Position numbers and translations under genes: made by a program. 64,000 bases of DNA from a virus. Location: positions 1-64,000 of the IMG/VR virus record IMGVR_UViG_3300043788_000101, one strand, 5' to 3'. This document shows, piece after piece, positions 36,662-46,587 of the stretch. The notes below the pieces were generated by a model. That model was not told where the DNA came from and did not search any database. It saw nothing but the letters and a program-made list of their open reading frames with translations. How positions within the stretch are numbered: position 1 is the stretch's first letter; each line of letters opens with the position of its first letter.

Positions 36662-38116
36662 ATGAAAGCAGGAAGTCTCACGCTCCTCTATAGGATCGGC
36701 CTTGCGTGCGCAGTCATCGCCGCATGCTCGGGTGTCAAGCAACCATCGCCACGTGTGAGCGCGATCTACGTGCCGCCAAGCTCCCTCACGGTGGCGCAGT
36801 GGTACATCGACGTTCAAAATACGACCACGTGCGCCTCGGACCAGAACAACGGGACCTCGTCGACGTGCGGTGGCTCGGACTCGACCGGCACGCCCAACGG
36901 CCCGATGCTGACAGGCTACGGCCTCGTGACGGGGCGCTGGAATTGCCAGTCCTCGCTGCAGGGCTGCGCGCGTCTGCCGCAGAACACGACGATCACATAC
37001 CTCAGCGAGTACGCCACGGCGGCAGCTGCGGCAGCTGACCTCATGTACCTCAGCCCGTCGCTCGAGGGCGGTTCCTATCTCAGCATCGTGTGCAATCTCC
37101 CGGCGCCGATTGGAACGGGAACTCTCGGTACGGTCACGGCGCTCAATGCTCCCGAAGGAGTGCTGCTCCAGTCGACCACGGTGCCAGGATCGCCATCGCC
37201 GGGCACGCTCGTGGTCAACACGACGCACCCGGGCTACGCGTGGGTCCAGACGGCCGCGAATCCCGACGGCGGGGCTCCGACGACGTACACGCTCACGCAG
37301 CCACTTCTCGCGCAGGCCGTGCCACTGACGAACGGCACACCGCCGGCCGAGGTCAACTCGTGGGCGACGAGTGACGCGGTCAACGTGTACCAGCCTGGCT
37401 ACGTGGCGTTCGCGGCCATCACCCCGATCGACGAGAACCTCGGTTCAAATTCCAACGGCGGGCGGGTCTATGTCTCTGGCTGCGCGAATGCCGCGGAATC
37501 GGGCAACGCCCAAACGACGCTGAATGGCAACGTTCACTTCATTCAGTCTTCGTCAGCACGCACGATTGTCATGTCGTCAGCGGGCGGTGGAGCGGCGTCG
37601 CAATATTTCACGAACGATTACCTGTCATCGCCCGTTTACATGGGCAGCGTGAACCGCGGAACTATGACGGTTTTCGTGGGAGGCTATGCGAGCGCCATCA
37701 ACGGCGGCAGCGTCGTGCTCGACGGAGACCTCCAGGTAGGTAGCGCAAACATCGGAAGCGGGTCGGTGCTCGGGCGCGTTCAGTGCGCAACGATTACAGC
37801 CGCCGATGGCGTTGTGAAGGCGGCGATCGCGAACTACGGGAATCCGGCCATATACGGGTCCTGCATCGTCAACGCCAACATCGCGCACGTGGTCTACTCA
37901 GGCGACGCAGGTCCGAATGCCGGCAATACGTTTCTCAACGTGGACGCGGGCGGGGTGCTGCAGGCGAACGGTCAGACCAAAACGTGCATCGGCGTCCCGA
38001 GTTTCTCGGCCATCGGCGCGTGCAATACGACGCTCACGCCTGCGAACCTGCAATCGAACCTTGCCGACGGAGGCAGTCTCTTTGTTCCTGGCGGCGGCTC
38101 TTTCGGAACGCTCTAG
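36662..38116 (+). CDS. Predicted lipoprotein, beta-rich, inside baseplate operon
   Basis: Signal peptide with lipobox VIAAC; WYID...ASDQNNG; DAG/PDGG motifs. Confidence 0.7.
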   Translation: MKAGSLTLLYRIGLACAVIAACSGVKQPSPRVSAIYVPPSSLTVAQWYIDVQNTTTCASDQNNGTSSTCGGSDSTGTPNGPMLTGYGLVTGRWNCQSSLQGCARLPQNTTITYLSEYATAAAAAADLMYLSPSLEGGSYLSIVCNLPAPIGTGTLGTVTALNAPEGVLLQSTTVPGSPSPGTLVVNTTHPGYAWVQTAANPDGGAPTTYTLTQPLLAQAVPLTNGTPPAEVNSWATSDAVNVYQPGYVAFAAITPIDENLGSNSNGGRVYVSGCANAAESGNAQTTLNGNVHFIQSSSARTIVMSSAGGGAASQYFTNDYLSSPVYMGSVNRGTMTVFVGGYASAINGGSVVLDGDLQVGSANIGSGSVLGRVQCATITAADGVVKAAIANYGNPAIYGSCIVNANIAHVVYSGDAGPNAGNTFLNVDAGGVLQANGQTKTCIGVPSFSAIGACNTTLTPANLQSNLADGGSLFVPGGGSFGTL

Positions 38117-38136
38117 CCGGAGCGCGCGCATTCGCC

Positions 38137-38544
38137 ATGAACTCGACCACGACGGACTATGGCTCGGACATGAGCCTGCTCATGGATCTCGATCCCATGG
38201 GCACCGTTGTAACGGGTCGGCTCTTGCTCGCGCAAGCGCTCATCCGTCGGTGGACGACGCCGCGTGGTCGGCTGCTAGATGATCCGAACTACGGCTACGC
38301 GGTCACCGACGAACTCAACGATGACCTCGGCCCCGCGGACATCAATCAGATTGCGGCCAACATGGACGCCGAGGCCATCAAGGATGAGCGCGTGGTCTCG
38401 AGTCAGACGACCGTGCAGTTCAATCCGGCTACGGGTTTTCTCATCACGACCACGATCATCGACGACGGTTCGGGTCCGTTCCCGCTCGTGCTCCAGATCA
38501 GCGACGTCACCGTGACCATCCTCTCGCAGCAGCTTCTGGTCTGA
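38137..38544 (+). CDS. Baseplate wedge subunit (gp25/W-like)
   Basis: LAQALIRRWTTPRGRL.DDPNYG...KDERV. Confidence 0.85.
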   Translation: MNSTTTDYGSDMSLLMDLDPMGTVVTGRLLLAQALIRRWTTPRGRLLDDPNYGYAVTDELNDDLGPADINQIAANMDAEAIKDERVVSSQTTVQFNPATGFLITTTIIDDGSGPFPLVLQISDVTVTILSQQLLV

Positions 38545-40409
38545 TGGCATCCCCCCTCACGATCGATCAACTATTCACTCCGTCGCCACCTGGCATCAAC
38601 AGCCAGAACCCCGCAGGCACGATCGCGCCGAACTCATGGCTCGCGACGCTGCTTGCGGACGGGACGACGTTGGGACTGCCGACGACCGCATGGCAGGCGG
38701 GTCAGCCGATCCGCACCGTCATGGCGATCCAAGCCGTAGAGCTTGCGAAAGAAGACAGCTTCATCTCGCAGCAGGCGCAGGGAGGTTTTCTCGACTTTGC
38801 CGCGACGGGCACCGTCACCTTCACGGATCTCGACGGGACGACGACGACGGTTCCCGTCAGCCCAGACCCGAGCATCCCGGGCCAGAACCCGAACGCGAAT
38901 CTCACCTGGCTCGATCTCATCGCCAACAGCGTCTACAACATCTACCGTACGCAGGCGACCGCGGCTTCGGGGCCGCTATATTTTGCAAACCTTGGCACGT
39001 CCACTTCGGGTACGTATGCGGCTGGCGTATTCCACACGGCCAACACGCAGACGAACGCCACGTTCTCCAATCAGACGGCGTTCACGGGGACACAGTCCAG
39101 CATACTCGGCACGAATATCACTGTCGCCACAGCCGCGTCGCCAGTTTCGATTACGACGCAATCCGCGCACGGTCTGACGACCGGCAACGTCGTATACATT
39201 GCGAACGCAGTCGTCACACCCAACGGTTTCTATGCGGTCACCGTGGCAAGCGGGACCGTATTTACGCTCAATGGGTCGAGCGGATCGGGATCTTATACGG
39301 GCACGAGCGGCCTCGTCTACTCGACGCAGGCCATCACGACGGCCGCCGATGTCGTCGGCACATCGAGCAACTCGCCGCCAGGACTCATCACGAAGCTCAT
39401 CACGAGCGCGCCCAACTGCTATGTCGCCAACCTCACAAGTTTCGCGGGAGCCAACTGGCAGAGCAACGTCTCGCTGGCTTCGCAGTGCCGCGCCAAGCTC
39501 GCGGCGCTGTCGCCCAATGGTCCGCAGGGCGCGTACCTCTTCTACGCGCTCGCGTCGTATCTGATCCTGAGCGGTGAGTCGCCAGTCGCAAACGTCAACA
39601 ATGCAACTGCGGTAGCGGCTGCCAATTACCTATCGGCGACGGGACTCATGCTGCCGAGCCCGTTGCCAACGAACGTCGTGCTCGACGGAGGCGCAATCAC
39701 GCGTGCTCTGCCGCTGGCCTCGACCGCCACTGGCGTAGTGACAACGACACTTGCGAACGGCAACGGGCCAGTAGATGGTTGTATCAATAACGCGATCACC
39801 AACGTCACAGCGACAAGCCCGATCCAGGTCACGACAGGATCGCCGCACAATCTGGTCACGGGCGATTATGTGCAGGTGAACGCGGTTCAGGGAGTGACGG
39901 GCGCGAATGGCGTCGCCGTCTGCACGGTGCTCTCCAGCACCACAGTCTCGCTGAATGGGACGTCTGGCACTGGCGTTTACACATTTGGCGGGCAGCTCTC
40001 GGGCGGAGACGTCTACGCTGTCAATCAAGTCATTCAAGCCTTCTGCGTCCCCAATGGCGTCACCGCGATCACGCAGTCCGCCAACCCAGTTACCGCCACG
40101 ATAGCGGCCACGGTATACGTACCTGCAGCCTACGTTCCGACGTACACGACGGCTCTCGGGATAGGGCTGACGGCCTATTTCGCCTCATTTCCGATTGGAG
40201 GTCTCAACGTCGACAACGCGCTCAACGTGCTGCCCATTGGAGCTATCGAGGGGCTGCTCTATGCGCTCGGGTCGGTGGCCGCGGGGCAGTTCTACACGCG
40301 GAGCGTTACCGGGGTACTCATCAACGGAGTACCGAACGATCTGAGCCTCACGGCCACGGGCGTCGCGGTGCTGGGTTCGCCCGCCGGTATCGTCATCATC
40401 GGGCAATAG
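38544..40409 (+). CDS. Baseplate J-like protein with two FCCH-like insertions
   Basis: WLDLIA..VY..YR.QATAASG, LSPNGPQGAY; TGATG overlap. Confidence 0.8.
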   Translation: MASPLTIDQLFTPSPPGINSQNPAGTIAPNSWLATLLADGTTLGLPTTAWQAGQPIRTVMAIQAVELAKEDSFISQQAQGGFLDFAATGTVTFTDLDGTTTTVPVSPDPSIPGQNPNANLTWLDLIANSVYNIYRTQATAASGPLYFANLGTSTSGTYAAGVFHTANTQTNATFSNQTAFTGTQSSILGTNITVATAASPVSITTQSAHGLTTGNVVYIANAVVTPNGFYAVTVASGTVFTLNGSSGSGSYTGTSGLVYSTQAITTAADVVGTSSNSPPGLITKLITSAPNCYVANLTSFAGANWQSNVSLASQCRAKLAALSPNGPQGAYLFYALASYLILSGESPVANVNNATAVAAANYLSATGLMLPSPLPTNVVLDGGAITRALPLASTATGVVTTTLANGNGPVDGCINNAITNVTATSPIQVTTGSPHNLVTGDYVQVNAVQGVTGANGVAVCTVLSSTTVSLNGTSGTGVYTFGGQLSGGDVYAVNQVIQAFCVPNGVTAITQSANPVTATIAATVYVPAAYVPTYTTALGIGLTAYFASFPIGGLNVDNALNVLPIGAIEGLLYALGSVAAGQFYTRSVTGVLINGVPNDLSLTATGVAVLGSPAGIVIIGQ

Positions 40410-41566
40410 CAGAGGGCGCGAAGTCCACTCGCGTTACTAAAATCGGATTCAAATCGTTAGGCACCCAATTTCAGACGGACATCGTCAGCGATCAGGTCGC
40501 GCCGCCGTGGCTTCAGAACCCGACGGGAAGCGCGTACCTCCAGGCGATGGGGCAAGGCCTCGATCTCGTTCGGTATCGGAGCGCCCTGGCGTCGCTGCTG
40601 CACATGCCTGGGCAGATGCCAATCTCCGCGATCGCGACGTCGGCCGACTACTACATCGGTCTCGATAGGCTGCTGACGCAGGGTCCGAATGAAACGCAGT
40701 CCGCCTTCGAAGCGCGATTGAGCGCGGCGTTCGATACGTGGCAGCATGCCGGAAACGATTGGGCAGTACTACAGCAAGCGCTTGCGCAGCTGTCGCCGTA
40801 CCAGCCGAAGGTGAGCGTCGTAAGCGACTCGAACACCTGGAGCTGGTACAACGAGGCGCAGCCATCCAGCGTACCCCCAAACACGTTCCTATCTCTATTT
40901 CTAAACTGGGACTGGGACGGGGAGAGCTACGATCCACATCCGTTCAATGCGACGTCGTGGTGGCGCTTTTGGCTCATCTTGCAGTCCGGGTTGTCGATTG
41001 TGGGTGGGACGATCAGCGGCGCTACCGCGGGCACACCGGTCGAGATCACGACCAGCTCTCCGCACGGCCTATCTACGGGAGCGACGGTCTATATTGACCA
41101 AGTGCAGGGCGTCGTCGGCGCAAATGGCGGGCCGTTCCTGATCACGGTGATCGACACCACTCACTTCACGGTGCCAACGTCGGGCACCGGCTCCTACACG
41201 GGCGGTGGCTACGTTTTGACGCCAGACGCGCAGAACTGGGCGCATCCGTTTCCGTCACTCGGAACCACGCACGCGCCAGCGCTCGGAGGCAATCCTGTCG
41301 TATCGCTCGGTTTCGGCAATGTCCCGCCTACATTCTGGACGACGCTCAGGCAGGTACTCCAGACGTTCAAGGCCGCGCACGCATGGCTTCGGTGGATTGT
41401 CGTCTCGTACGACGCGTCATGGTTCAACCAGGACACGGGAATCATCGGCACCGAGATGCCGGATGGCAGCTGGGGACCGAACGTTGTGATTGAGTTTCTT
41501 GGAGGCAAGGGCGTCTACGTCGCCACTCGCTACAGCAATGCCCGGTTCGTTCCGGGTGTGATCTGA
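40406..41566 (+). CDS. Baseplate I-like/wedge protein; true start probably upstream of first ATG (40547)
   Basis: Frame open from the J stop through APPWLQ; IGLDRLL..GPNET.SAFEARL...WQHAG. Confidence 0.65.
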   Translation: MAEGAKSTRVTKIGFKSLGTQFQTDIVSDQVAPPWLQNPTGSAYLQAMGQGLDLVRYRSALASLLHMPGQMPISAIATSADYYIGLDRLLTQGPNETQSAFEARLSAAFDTWQHAGNDWAVLQQALAQLSPYQPKVSVVSDSNTWSWYNEAQPSSVPPNTFLSLFLNWDWDGESYDPHPFNATSWWRFWLILQSGLSIVGGTISGATAGTPVEITTSSPHGLSTGATVYIDQVQGVVGANGGPFLITVIDTTHFTVPTSGTGSYTGGGYVLTPDAQNWAHPFPSLGTTHAPALGGNPVVSLGFGNVPPTFWTTLRQVLQTFKAAHAWLRWIVVSYDASWFNQDTGIIGTEMPDGSWGPNVVIEFLGGKGVYVATRYSNARFVPGVI

Positions 41567-41576
41567 GGTCGACAGC

Positions 41577-42455
41577 ATGACTGGGCAATTGTACGGAGGG
41601 ATGCCGGGCAACATCAGTAACCCGGCAGCCATCGCTATCACAAGCTCGACGGCCGCGAACCCGATCGAGATCGCGACAAGCACCGTGCATGGCCTGACGA
41701 CGGGAGACTGGGTCGACGTCTATTCGCACCTTACCAACCTTCCAGCCAATTGCGTGAATACGCAAGTCACGGTCGTCGACACGACGCACTTCACGATCCC
41801 GATCTCTGGGATCGGTTACACAGCGGGCGGAGCGAGCGGATACGTCCAGCCCCTCTCGTACACCCAGAACGTCGCGACGATTCCGGCCGACGGTGATCCG
41901 TACGCCGCCGCCACATACACGCCTGGGTACACGGCCGCGCTCGACCGGAGCGCCTTCGAGCGAGCGAACTCTGGAGCCTACAAGCTCGTTTACTACAATG
42001 TCGCCAAGATCTCCGAGACATTCTCAACGACATGGTTCACGAATACGACGAGCGCGGCGACCGTGCAGACGCAAATCTTTGGCATAGGCACGCCGCCGCC
42101 AGCGGTCGGTGTCAACGATACCGTCGTCATCACGGCTGACCTCACGCTAGCCAATAGCAATTCGAACAACGTTGTCGCGTCTATTGGGTGCACATGGGGC
42201 AACGCATCTATCGTTACCAAGATCCCTGGCTCCTCGAAGTTTCTGATCTCGCAGGGGGCCTCGTCGATCTGGAGCTTTCAGCTTACCGCCGTTTTCCAGG
42301 CCGACTTCGGGATCACGGCTCCGCAGACAGTTAGTCCCATCGGACTGATTAGCTTTCTCTACAACCAGACCGTGTCCACAGCGGCGCTATTCGAGGGCGC
42401 CGGTGACGTCACGTTGCAGGTCTGGGTCTACAGGCCGACGCTCATTCTTCAGTAG
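41577..42455 (+). CDS. Putative tail fibre/receptor-binding protein
   Basis: FCCH-like N-terminus; follows baseplate. Confidence 0.6.
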   Translation: MTGQLYGGMPGNISNPAAIAITSSTAANPIEIATSTVHGLTTGDWVDVYSHLTNLPANCVNTQVTVVDTTHFTIPISGIGYTAGGASGYVQPLSYTQNVATIPADGDPYAAATYTPGYTAALDRSAFERANSGAYKLVYYNVAKISETFSTTWFTNTTSAATVQTQIFGIGTPPPAVGVNDTVVITADLTLANSNSNNVVASIGCTWGNASIVTKIPGSSKFLISQGASSIWSFQLTAVFQADFGITAPQTVSPIGLISFLYNQTVSTAALFEGAGDVTLQVWVYRPTLILQ

Positions 42456-43258
42456 CCGGGTGGACAGCACCATTCCGTTTCGCCGACAGGCGCGGCGTAA
42501 GGATATGCCATCGACGTACAACTGTGGCCCGTGGCGGCGGGGGACGCGGCACCTGGAGGGCATAGCACTATCCAGCCCTGATACGCGCCCGTGCTAGAGG
42601 GGTCGCATGTCGGCGCAGAGTCCCCAATGCGATAGAAGCACGTGGGCGTGGAGCCGCATACGTTCGCTACCCCACCACCTCCGCACGATTCGCCGGACGG
42701 ACATATCGGACTGCCGTTGGCGTCGTTCTGCCCACATCCAGTGGTGCCGCCACATCCGTCTGGAAACGTGCCGCATCCGTTTGCGGGGCACGACGCGACA
42801 TCGAATGGCGTGCATCCGCAGTCGTTCGCTACCCCACCACCGCCGCAGGTCGCGCCAGGCTTGCTGCACGTTCCCGTACATTCGAGCGTACCGCCGCAAC
42901 CGTCTGGCATCGTTCCGCAGTGAGTGAGCGCGACCCCTGAGAGGACATAGTCGCAGCCGACTGGCACGCAGGCCTCGGGCGCGGCGTCTCGTTGACTAGG
43001 GCCGCCGTCAGGCTCTTGGGGCGCATCCGGCACGCCAGCGTCGCTTGCATCAATATCGGTGGAGGCTTCTACTGGAGGCGAGGCGACGGCATCTGCCTGG
43101 GCGTCCGGCGTGGTCTCGGAGCCAACGTCCGGTTCGGCGACCGCACCGGAGTCGTCACTCGTCATCATGTCCGAATGGGCAGGGTCGAGCGGACCGCCAC
43201 CGCAGGCACAGAACGCTAGCGCAATCCACGTCCAGGCCCATCCAATAGCACGCCTCAT
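42449..43258 (-). CDS. Antisense Cys-rich lipoprotein, myxobacterial type
   Basis: GGAGGG RBS, lipobox FCAC, DAG-rich linker, two CGTxPDGCGGT...CGGGGVANxCG repeats. Confidence 0.85.
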   Translation of the reverse strand: MRRAIGWAWTWIALAFCACGGGPLDPAHSDMMTSDDSGAVAEPDVGSETTPDAQADAVASPPVEASTDIDASDAGVPDAPQEPDGGPSQRDAAPEACVPVGCDYVLSGVALTHCGTMPDGCGGTLECTGTCSKPGATCGGGGVANDCGCTPFDVASCPANGCGTFPDGCGGTTGCGQNDANGSPICPSGESCGGGGVANVCGSTPTCFYRIGDSAPTCDPSSTGAYQGWIVLCPPGAASPAATGHSCTSMAYPYAAPVGETEWCCPPGY

Positions 43259-43295
43259 CGTCCAACCCTCCCAAAGAGCGCAATGCCCATGCCAT

Positions 43296-43323
43296 ATCAT
43301 ACGGCCCAGCCGCGCTTTTACAA
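43296..43323 (-). promoter_or_regulatory. Sigma70-like promoter TTGTAA-N16-TATGAT
   Basis: Upstream of the antisense lipoprotein gene. Confidence 0.45.
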
Positions 43324-43341
43324 TAGGGGACCGGGTGTCCA

Positions 43342-43740
43342 GTGAGTAGCCCGCTCGCTCTCAACCTGACGCTCCGGGCGGGGTGCGCCGAGACAGGCTC
43401 TCTCCGCTGGCAGACCGGGGCTCCGCCGCCTTCGGGGGCCACCGACGTGGACCTGACGGGCTGCACGGCCATCGCGACGGTCTGGGCGCCGCAGCAGTGG
43501 ACCTCGCCGCTCGTGACCATCACGACGACGCCGGGCGCTTACGGGTCGATCTCGATCGGCACCTTCGGCAGCGCACAAGTCCCGAGCGTCGTCACGTGGC
43601 TTTTCACGGCGGCTGGCGTCGCGCTCTTGCTACCGAGCGCTCCGCTTGACGAGGCGCGGCTCGAGTGGGGGCTCAACGTTATCTTTCCGAGCACGGGGCC
43701 ATGGCCGCTCATTCGCGGGCGCGTCACGGTCAAGCCATGA
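43342..43740 (+). CDS. Putative tail-associated protein
   Basis: VDLTGCTA...LIRGRVTVKP pattern seen in baseplate upper-protein-like domains. Confidence 0.6.
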   Translation: MSSPLALNLTLRAGCAETGSLRWQTGAPPPSGATDVDLTGCTAIATVWAPQQWTSPLVTITTTPGAYGSISIGTFGSAQVPSVVTWLFTAAGVALLLPSAPLDEARLEWGLNVIFPSTGPWPLIRGRVTVKP

Positions 43741-43741
43741 C

Positions 43742-44146
43742 ATGGGAACACCGAATGTCACAAATCTCAACCTCCTCAACGTCATCCTGCCGTTTGGTCC
43801 GGCCGCGCAGTCGGGGATCACGGCCTACTACCCGAGCATCGGGACATTCGTCCCACGCATGTCCGGCGCGGTGGGGCCGCCGATAGTGGGAAATTACCAG
43901 ACCGTCCAAACAGACTTTGTGGCGCTACCAGGGCAGCCAGCGCTCAACTTCCTGCCGCCGCTCAAGGCCGCGAATGATGGCGCGAACGCGAGCACCGACG
44001 TGAGCACGACGCAGATTCAGTACGGCACGAACGCCGCGTTGCCGTCGCAGCCTGTCGCTCAGTACACCCTCTATCTCGCGACCGACAATGGCGCGATTTA
44101 CGTCAGTAGTGGGAGCGCGTGGCTCCAGATACTAGGGCCGGCATGA
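43742..44146 (+). CDS. Putative tail-associated protein
   Basis: YLATDNGAIYVSSGSAW fibre-type motif. Confidence 0.6.
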   Translation: MGTPNVTNLNLLNVILPFGPAAQSGITAYYPSIGTFVPRMSGAVGPPIVGNYQTVQTDFVALPGQPALNFLPPLKAANDGANASTDVSTTQIQYGTNAALPSQPVAQYTLYLATDNGAIYVSSGSAWLQILGPA

Positions 44147-45180
44147 CCAAACTTCAGAAACTCATCATCGGCGCTGTGCTGCTTTGCTACGGAGTAATGC
44201 TCTCCGTGCTATTCGTGCGTCATAGGCCAGCCACGTCGCCGACGCAGCCGCATACCTACGGAGCAGTCGGCGGCTACACGCTGCCCGCTGGAGCGGCGAC
44301 CGGGACCACAGTCTACGCGAACAATGCCGGCGGATGGTCGACGTTGGCGCCAGGAAGCAACGGGCAGACCTATCAGCTCTCATCCGGTATCCCTTCGTGG
44401 GCTACAGCCTCTGGTGGCGCCACACTGCCGGACGCGGGCACCGGCGGCATGTGGTTTCAGAACGACGCCGGAGTGGTCACGCCTGTCGCGGCAGCAACTG
44501 TCGTCGGACAGCCGCTCCTGAGCGGCCCTGGCGAGTACCCGGCGTTCGGTACGCCCACATTCGGCACGGGGCTTGTTGGTACAGGCAATGTTACACCACC
44601 TCCTACCGTAGCGGGTGGCGGATGGACATCGATCAACAACTCGACAGGTCTAACGGCGAGCGATCAATCCAACGGATCGATTCTCATCGTATTCCAGAAT
44701 GCAGCCAGCGCTGGTAACGGCTATGTGAGAACTGGCTGGACCACCGGCGTAGAAATTGGCTTCGATATGGATGATATATTCATAACGACCGTGGCCGGAG
44801 GCTCGGCGCAGCAGCTTTGGGCTGGCGTCTGCATGTGGAACGGCACGCAGTACTTGCTCATGGGCATTCTTAGCTATTGCACCGGCGCAACAGGCTATTG
44901 CGGAACGGGCCTTATCCTTACCGGCACGGATGCTTCGGGTACACAGACGCAGGGCAACTGGTCTCAGTGGTCCAAACCATTCGTGCGAATGCAGATATCC
45001 GGCTCGAACATCATATCGCAGTTGTCGGTCGACAAGCAGTTGTGGTCGACCATCTACACGACGGCGATCTCGACGGCGTTCCCAAGCGGCACGCCGACCT
45101 ATGGCGGAGTGTGTGTCGGGCACCCGCCGTCGAACAATGGGGCCGTTGGCCTAACGCTCTTCGACTTCGTCCTGAACTAG
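44143..45180 (+). CDS. Membrane-anchored fibre/lectin-like protein
   Basis: N-terminal TM helix; LAPGSNGQ...SGIPSW fibre motif; DAG motifs; beta-rich C-terminus. Confidence 0.65.
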   Translation: MTKLQKLIIGAVLLCYGVMLSVLFVRHRPATSPTQPHTYGAVGGYTLPAGAATGTTVYANNAGGWSTLAPGSNGQTYQLSSGIPSWATASGGATLPDAGTGGMWFQNDAGVVTPVAAATVVGQPLLSGPGEYPAFGTPTFGTGLVGTGNVTPPPTVAGGGWTSINNSTGLTASDQSNGSILIVFQNAASAGNGYVRTGWTTGVEIGFDMDDIFITTVAGGSAQQLWAGVCMWNGTQYLLMGILSYCTGATGYCGTGLILTGTDASGTQTQGNWSQWSKPFVRMQISGSNIISQLSVDKQLWSTIYTTAISTAFPSGTPTYGGVCVGHPPSNNGAVGLTLFDFVLN

Positions 45181-45189
45181 GAGAGCGCA

Positions 45190-45231
45190 GTGAGCGATCC
45201 AAACGATTCGCAAGTCGTTTACACGATTGGC
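45190..45231 (+). pseudogene. Orphaned duplicate of the 5' end of gene 45829
   Basis: Reads (V/M)[13 protein letters not shown] versus [14 protein letters not shown] at 45829. Confidence 0.7.
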
Positions 45232-45257
45232 TTTCGACGCGGTATAATGCGCGCTGG

Positions 45258-45842
45258 ATGCCTGCAAAGCTGACGTGTCCGAAGAGATGTTCGAAGTGCG
45301 GATCGGCGGGCCCGTTCTACAAGAACAGGGCAATGCGAGATGGCCTGACGAACCAGTGTCGACGCTGTCACAACGCTAGTGCGACAAGATGGGCAAAGGC
45401 AAACCCGGAAAAAACGCGGGCCATCGGGAGACGATTCGAGCGTGCGCACCGTCATGAGCGCAGCAAGTGTAGGACGACGCCGCAAGTCCTAAAGGCCTGG
45501 AGAAACGCGAATCACATCAAGCTCGTTGCACAAGCGCGAGAGTGGTGGAAAACCCATCCAGAGCAACTCGCAGCTAAGAAGGCACGACGTCGCGCAAGAG
45601 TGCACGGAGTCGAAGTACGATTGACCGCCAAAGAATGGCGAGACATCGTCGAGTTCTTCGGACACAGATGCGCGTACTGCCTGCGAGGCGACGTCAAGCT
45701 GACGCAGGATCATGTGGTCGCGCTGTCGCGTGGCGGGACACATACGGCCGAAAATGTCGTGCCGGCATGCTTGCCGTGCAACTCGAAGCATAAACGAGAA
45801 CTACCTGTTTTCTGGATGGTGAATATTCATGGGCGATCCTAA
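45258..45842 (+). CDS. HNH endonuclease, paralog of 30378
   Basis: [38 protein letters not shown]; TATAAT at 45243-45248. Confidence 0.92.
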   Translation: MPAKLTCPKRCSKCGSAGPFYKNRAMRDGLTNQCRRCHNASATRWAKANPEKTRAIGRRFERAHRHERSKCRTTPQVLKAWRNANHIKLVAQAREWWKTHPEQLAAKKARRRARVHGVEVRLTAKEWRDIVEFFGHRCAYCLRGDVKLTQDHVVALSRGGTHTAENVVPACLPCNSKHKRELPVFWMVNIHGRS

Positions 45843-46233
45843 TGACCCGATGCAGGTCTTCACTATAGGGGTTCCTGGTCCGAGCGGCCTTCCGATGCTA
45901 TGGCAAGGCGCGCTGCCGATTACGCCAGGTCAGTCGCCGTACTCGGCCGCGATCCTGCAGCCCGTACCGGTCGATTGCCGCACGGGCCCAGTGACGATTC
46001 AGCTGCCGGCGCTCACCGACTCCTCGACGTGCGTCGTCGCGATCAAGGACTTGTATGGCGCGAGCGCGACCAACAACATCACGTTGCTCCCAGTCTCTGG
46101 GCTCAGTACCGTGGTCGAGCAGCCTGGCGCTCTAGGCACGTACGCCTCCACCGGGGTCATCGCGAGCAATGGCGCTGTCGTTTGGCTCGTGTCGATGTTC
46201 TCGATCAACGCATGGGTCATCTGGGTGCACTGA
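45829..46233 (+). CDS. Putative fibre-associated protein
   Basis: [13 protein letters not shown]...IKD..G.SATNNIT motif of fibre domains. Confidence 0.7.
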   Translation: MGDPNDPMQVFTIGVPGPSGLPMLWQGALPITPGQSPYSAAILQPVPVDCRTGPVTIQLPALTDSSTCVVAIKDLYGASATNNITLLPVSGLSTVVEQPGALGTYASTGVIASNGAVVWLVSMFSINAWVIWVH

Positions 46234-46587
46234 ATGCTCGAAGATTACCAGCCTCAGACCGAGTTCGAGCGAGTCGTGTTGGCCCTCGTGAGCCGCGCAG
46301 AAACAGCAGCCATACGTGCCGAGGAATCCGCGAAGGCGGCCATGAATGCAGCCGTCGCCACGCACGCATGCGTCGACGAGATGCGTCTGGAGCTTCGACA
46401 GGCGGCCAGCAATGTAGCGACAGCGCGGCGCGAAGCCGAAGTGTGTGCGCTCCGCGCCGAAGCCGCCGAGGACTATGTGCGCGCAGCCACTCGGGAAGCG
46501 CGCTCTGTCGACCCGACGCCGCGAGAGCTTCCTAACTCCAGTATGCCTCCGTCGTCGAGCGTGCCACCAGTTCCAGAGGGCAAGTGA
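46234..46587 (+). CDS. Coiled-coil hypothetical protein
   Basis: Adjacent ORF coupled to next. Confidence 0.6.
   Translation: MLEDYQPQTEFERVVLALVSRAETAAIRAEESAKAAMNAAVATHACVDEMRLELRQAASNVATARREAEVCALRAEAAEDYVRAATREARSVDPTPRELPNSSMPPSSSVPPVPEGK

Noticed and set aside
23603-38130. GCGCGCA just after stop codons at 23603, 25655 and 38124
   Set aside because: Opposite orientation relative to transcription and lacking the shared flanks; compatible with chance, though worth including in a motif test
41577-45180. Diversity-generating retroelement or invertible fibre locus
   Set aside because: No reverse transcriptase, invertase or template/variable repeat pair seen
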